Below the pieces are notes generated by a model. It was given only the letters and a program-made list of their open reading frames with translations, did not search any database and was not told where the DNA came from. A stretch of DNA of 63,907 nucleotides, the filler included, from Collodictyon triciliatum (lineage: Eukaryota), in assembly GCA_043381765.1 (NCBI GenBank). It is 13 parts of 13 records of this genome, joined end to end, with 100 filler letters (N's around TTAATTAATTAA, not from the genome) between each part and the next. Parts side by side here need not be neighbours in the genome. Positions count along the whole stretch, not along the records: positions 60,650 to 63,907 come from JBHJMP010005624.1; 12 more parts are not named here. One strand, given 5' to 3'. Positions within the stretch are counted from its first letter, which is position 1. Each line of letters opens with the position of its first letter. This document shows, in pieces, positions 62,150 through 63,907 of this stretch. The position numbers were made by a program, and so were the translations under genes.

Positions 62150-63795
62150 ACTGGTAGAGAGGAAGAGGCGTTAGCGCATTACAAAATTTCATTGGATTTG
62201 AAAATTGAAACTCTCGGTGATGGCAATATGGATGTTTCTATAACCCATGATAACCTAGGCTTAAGTTATCATCGGTTGGGCAAGTACGTAAAATAAAAAT
62301 TTTCAATACACTTGAATATAATTTTTCGTGATTGATGGTGTATATAATGAATATGATTAAAATATCGTGCGGAAACATTTTATCTCAAAGATATAAAACA
62401 AATCAAAATCAGGTATGATTTAGCGTTGCAACACTACGAAAAAAGCAAAGCAATAGCTATATCATCGCATGGACAGAATCACCAGTCCGTGGCAATCGCA
62501 TACAACAATATAGGGACAGTGTATTCAGACCAGGGAAGGTTTGCTAACTGACTTCAAAAAAAAAACATTTCTTCACCGCAATGTCATGCAAATTTTTTTT
62601 CTTAATATCGAATCAACATGTATATAATCATATACAGATACAATGAAGCAATCGAATCTCACACAAAAAGTCTTGAAATTCGAAAAAAACTGTTTGGAGA
62701 AAACGCCATAGATGTTGCCAGTTCGTACAATAATCTTGGTATAGTTGCAAAGTTACTCGGAAGGTATATGTTATTAGCATGTCCTAACATAATTGATCAA
62801 TTTGTGTGATAATCTCTACTCGGGGCTTCTGAATTTTTTCTTGATGACATCTTTATAGATGGCAATTTTATATTCATGTTGTGAAATCGCTGACGTTCTT
62901 GACTTATGATACTTTAGATATGATGCAGCCTTAGAAAATCATACTACTAGCCTGGATATTAGAACTAAAAGGCTAGGCGATCTGCACCCTGATGTTGCTA
63001 GCTCGCATAATAACATAGGGCTTGTATACAAGAACCAGGGGAAGTAATTACTTTGATTCCATTCCGAAGACTTTATTCACAAGCATTTATTCAATTTTAT
63101 ATACCTTTTTTTTTATTTCTAACCGAAATATAATTTCTAATAATTAAATTTTCCTTTTTTTTTTAAAAAAAAAAAAGACTCGAAAATGCTTTGCGGTCGT
63201 TCACAAGGAGTTTAGAGATATATAGAAAAGTATTTGGTGAGAAGGATACTCATACTGCCTCTGTTTACCAGAATGTCGGGCTAATATATCTGACCGAAAA
63301 AAAGTAAATTTAATAAATATAGCCTTTCATTAGCAAAAGTATAATGCTTCTGAAACTTAAATAAGTATCTCATTAAAAAAAAAATACAATTCAAGGTATG
63401 ATGATGCCATGGTTAATTTCAATGAAGCTCTTGAGATTTACATAGCCAACTATGGGGAGCTCCACTCCGAAGTAGCAAGTTGCTATCACAATCTAGGGAG
63501 CATCAGCGTCAATATGAACAAGTTGATTTGTATTCTTATAATATTCTTAATATAGGAGTAAAATAATTCAACATACTATACTTTTTTTTTTTAGCTCGTA
63601 CCTTTTGATTTTATTTTTCTTTCGTCGGTTGGTTGCTATAAATACTCTACCTTTATTATTTCCTCATAGATTCGAAGAGGCATTGAAACATTTTGAAAAG
63701 AGTCTGACAATTAAAATACAAATACTTGGCCCTGAACACCGAAATGTTGCCAATACCTACAATAACATCGGAGCGATACATTCTCGCTTATCAAG
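60913..63795 (+). CDS. TPR protein with 42-aa (kinesin-light-chain/NPHP3-type) repeats, partial at both ends; one 126-nt exon per repeat
   Basis: Exons 61846-61971, 62158-62283, 62413-62538, 62638-62763, 62918-63043, 63178-63303, 63396-63521, 63670-63795; consensus Y..AL..Y.KSL.I.....G..H..VA..YNN.G..Y...G. Confidence 0.95.
61324..61381 (-). mobile_element. Intronic LINE 3'-end stub (about 30 nt) with 14-bp TSD
   Basis: TCACACCATTACCT [..CCCCTTTATTCGATGCAAAGTAC] TCACACCAGTAACT; 12/14. Confidence 0.75.
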
Positions 63796-63839
63796 GTACG
63801 CTAATCAAACCCTCACAACATTGCATATTCACAAACTTG

Positions 63840-63892
<53 letters not shown>

Positions 63893-63907
63893 TTTTTTTT
63901 TTTTTTT

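Overview
Eukaryotic, intron-rich DNA (probably a protist; the taxon cannot be determined from this window). It is not one locus: 13 contig pieces (the 11 complete ones 4.94-4.96 kb) are joined by artificial 100-bp N44-TTAATTAATTAA-N44 linkers, and most contig ends fall in simple repeats. Genes rebuilt by hand from GT/GC-AG splice sites: an HMG-box factor, a coiled-coil type II membrane protein, mitochondrial glycine-cleavage H protein, a Kdo transferase (WaaA/KDTA) with an in-frame TAG, an intronless GC-rich S8 subtilisin, type I DnaJ, a divergent GT8 glycosyltransferase with a long C-terminal extension, a 3xWW-NEK-like kinase, the AMPK-beta N-terminal part, the ASCC3/Slh1 helicase 5' part, ubiquilin, two decayed paralogous LRR-kinase-SAM genes, a Cdc15/SepA-type C-terminus, a microcephalin-like BRCT protein and a TPR gene built from one-repeat 126-nt exons. 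Three signals stand out. (1) A non-LTR retrotransposon family has left about 11 copies of its 3' end, several only 19-30 nt long yet flanked by 14-18 bp target-site duplications. (2) In-frame TAG codons recur at Gln positions; C-to-T decay is more likely than recoding, but this is testable. (3) Eight consecutive phase-2, 126-nt TPR exons follow a NACHT-like winged-helix segment.
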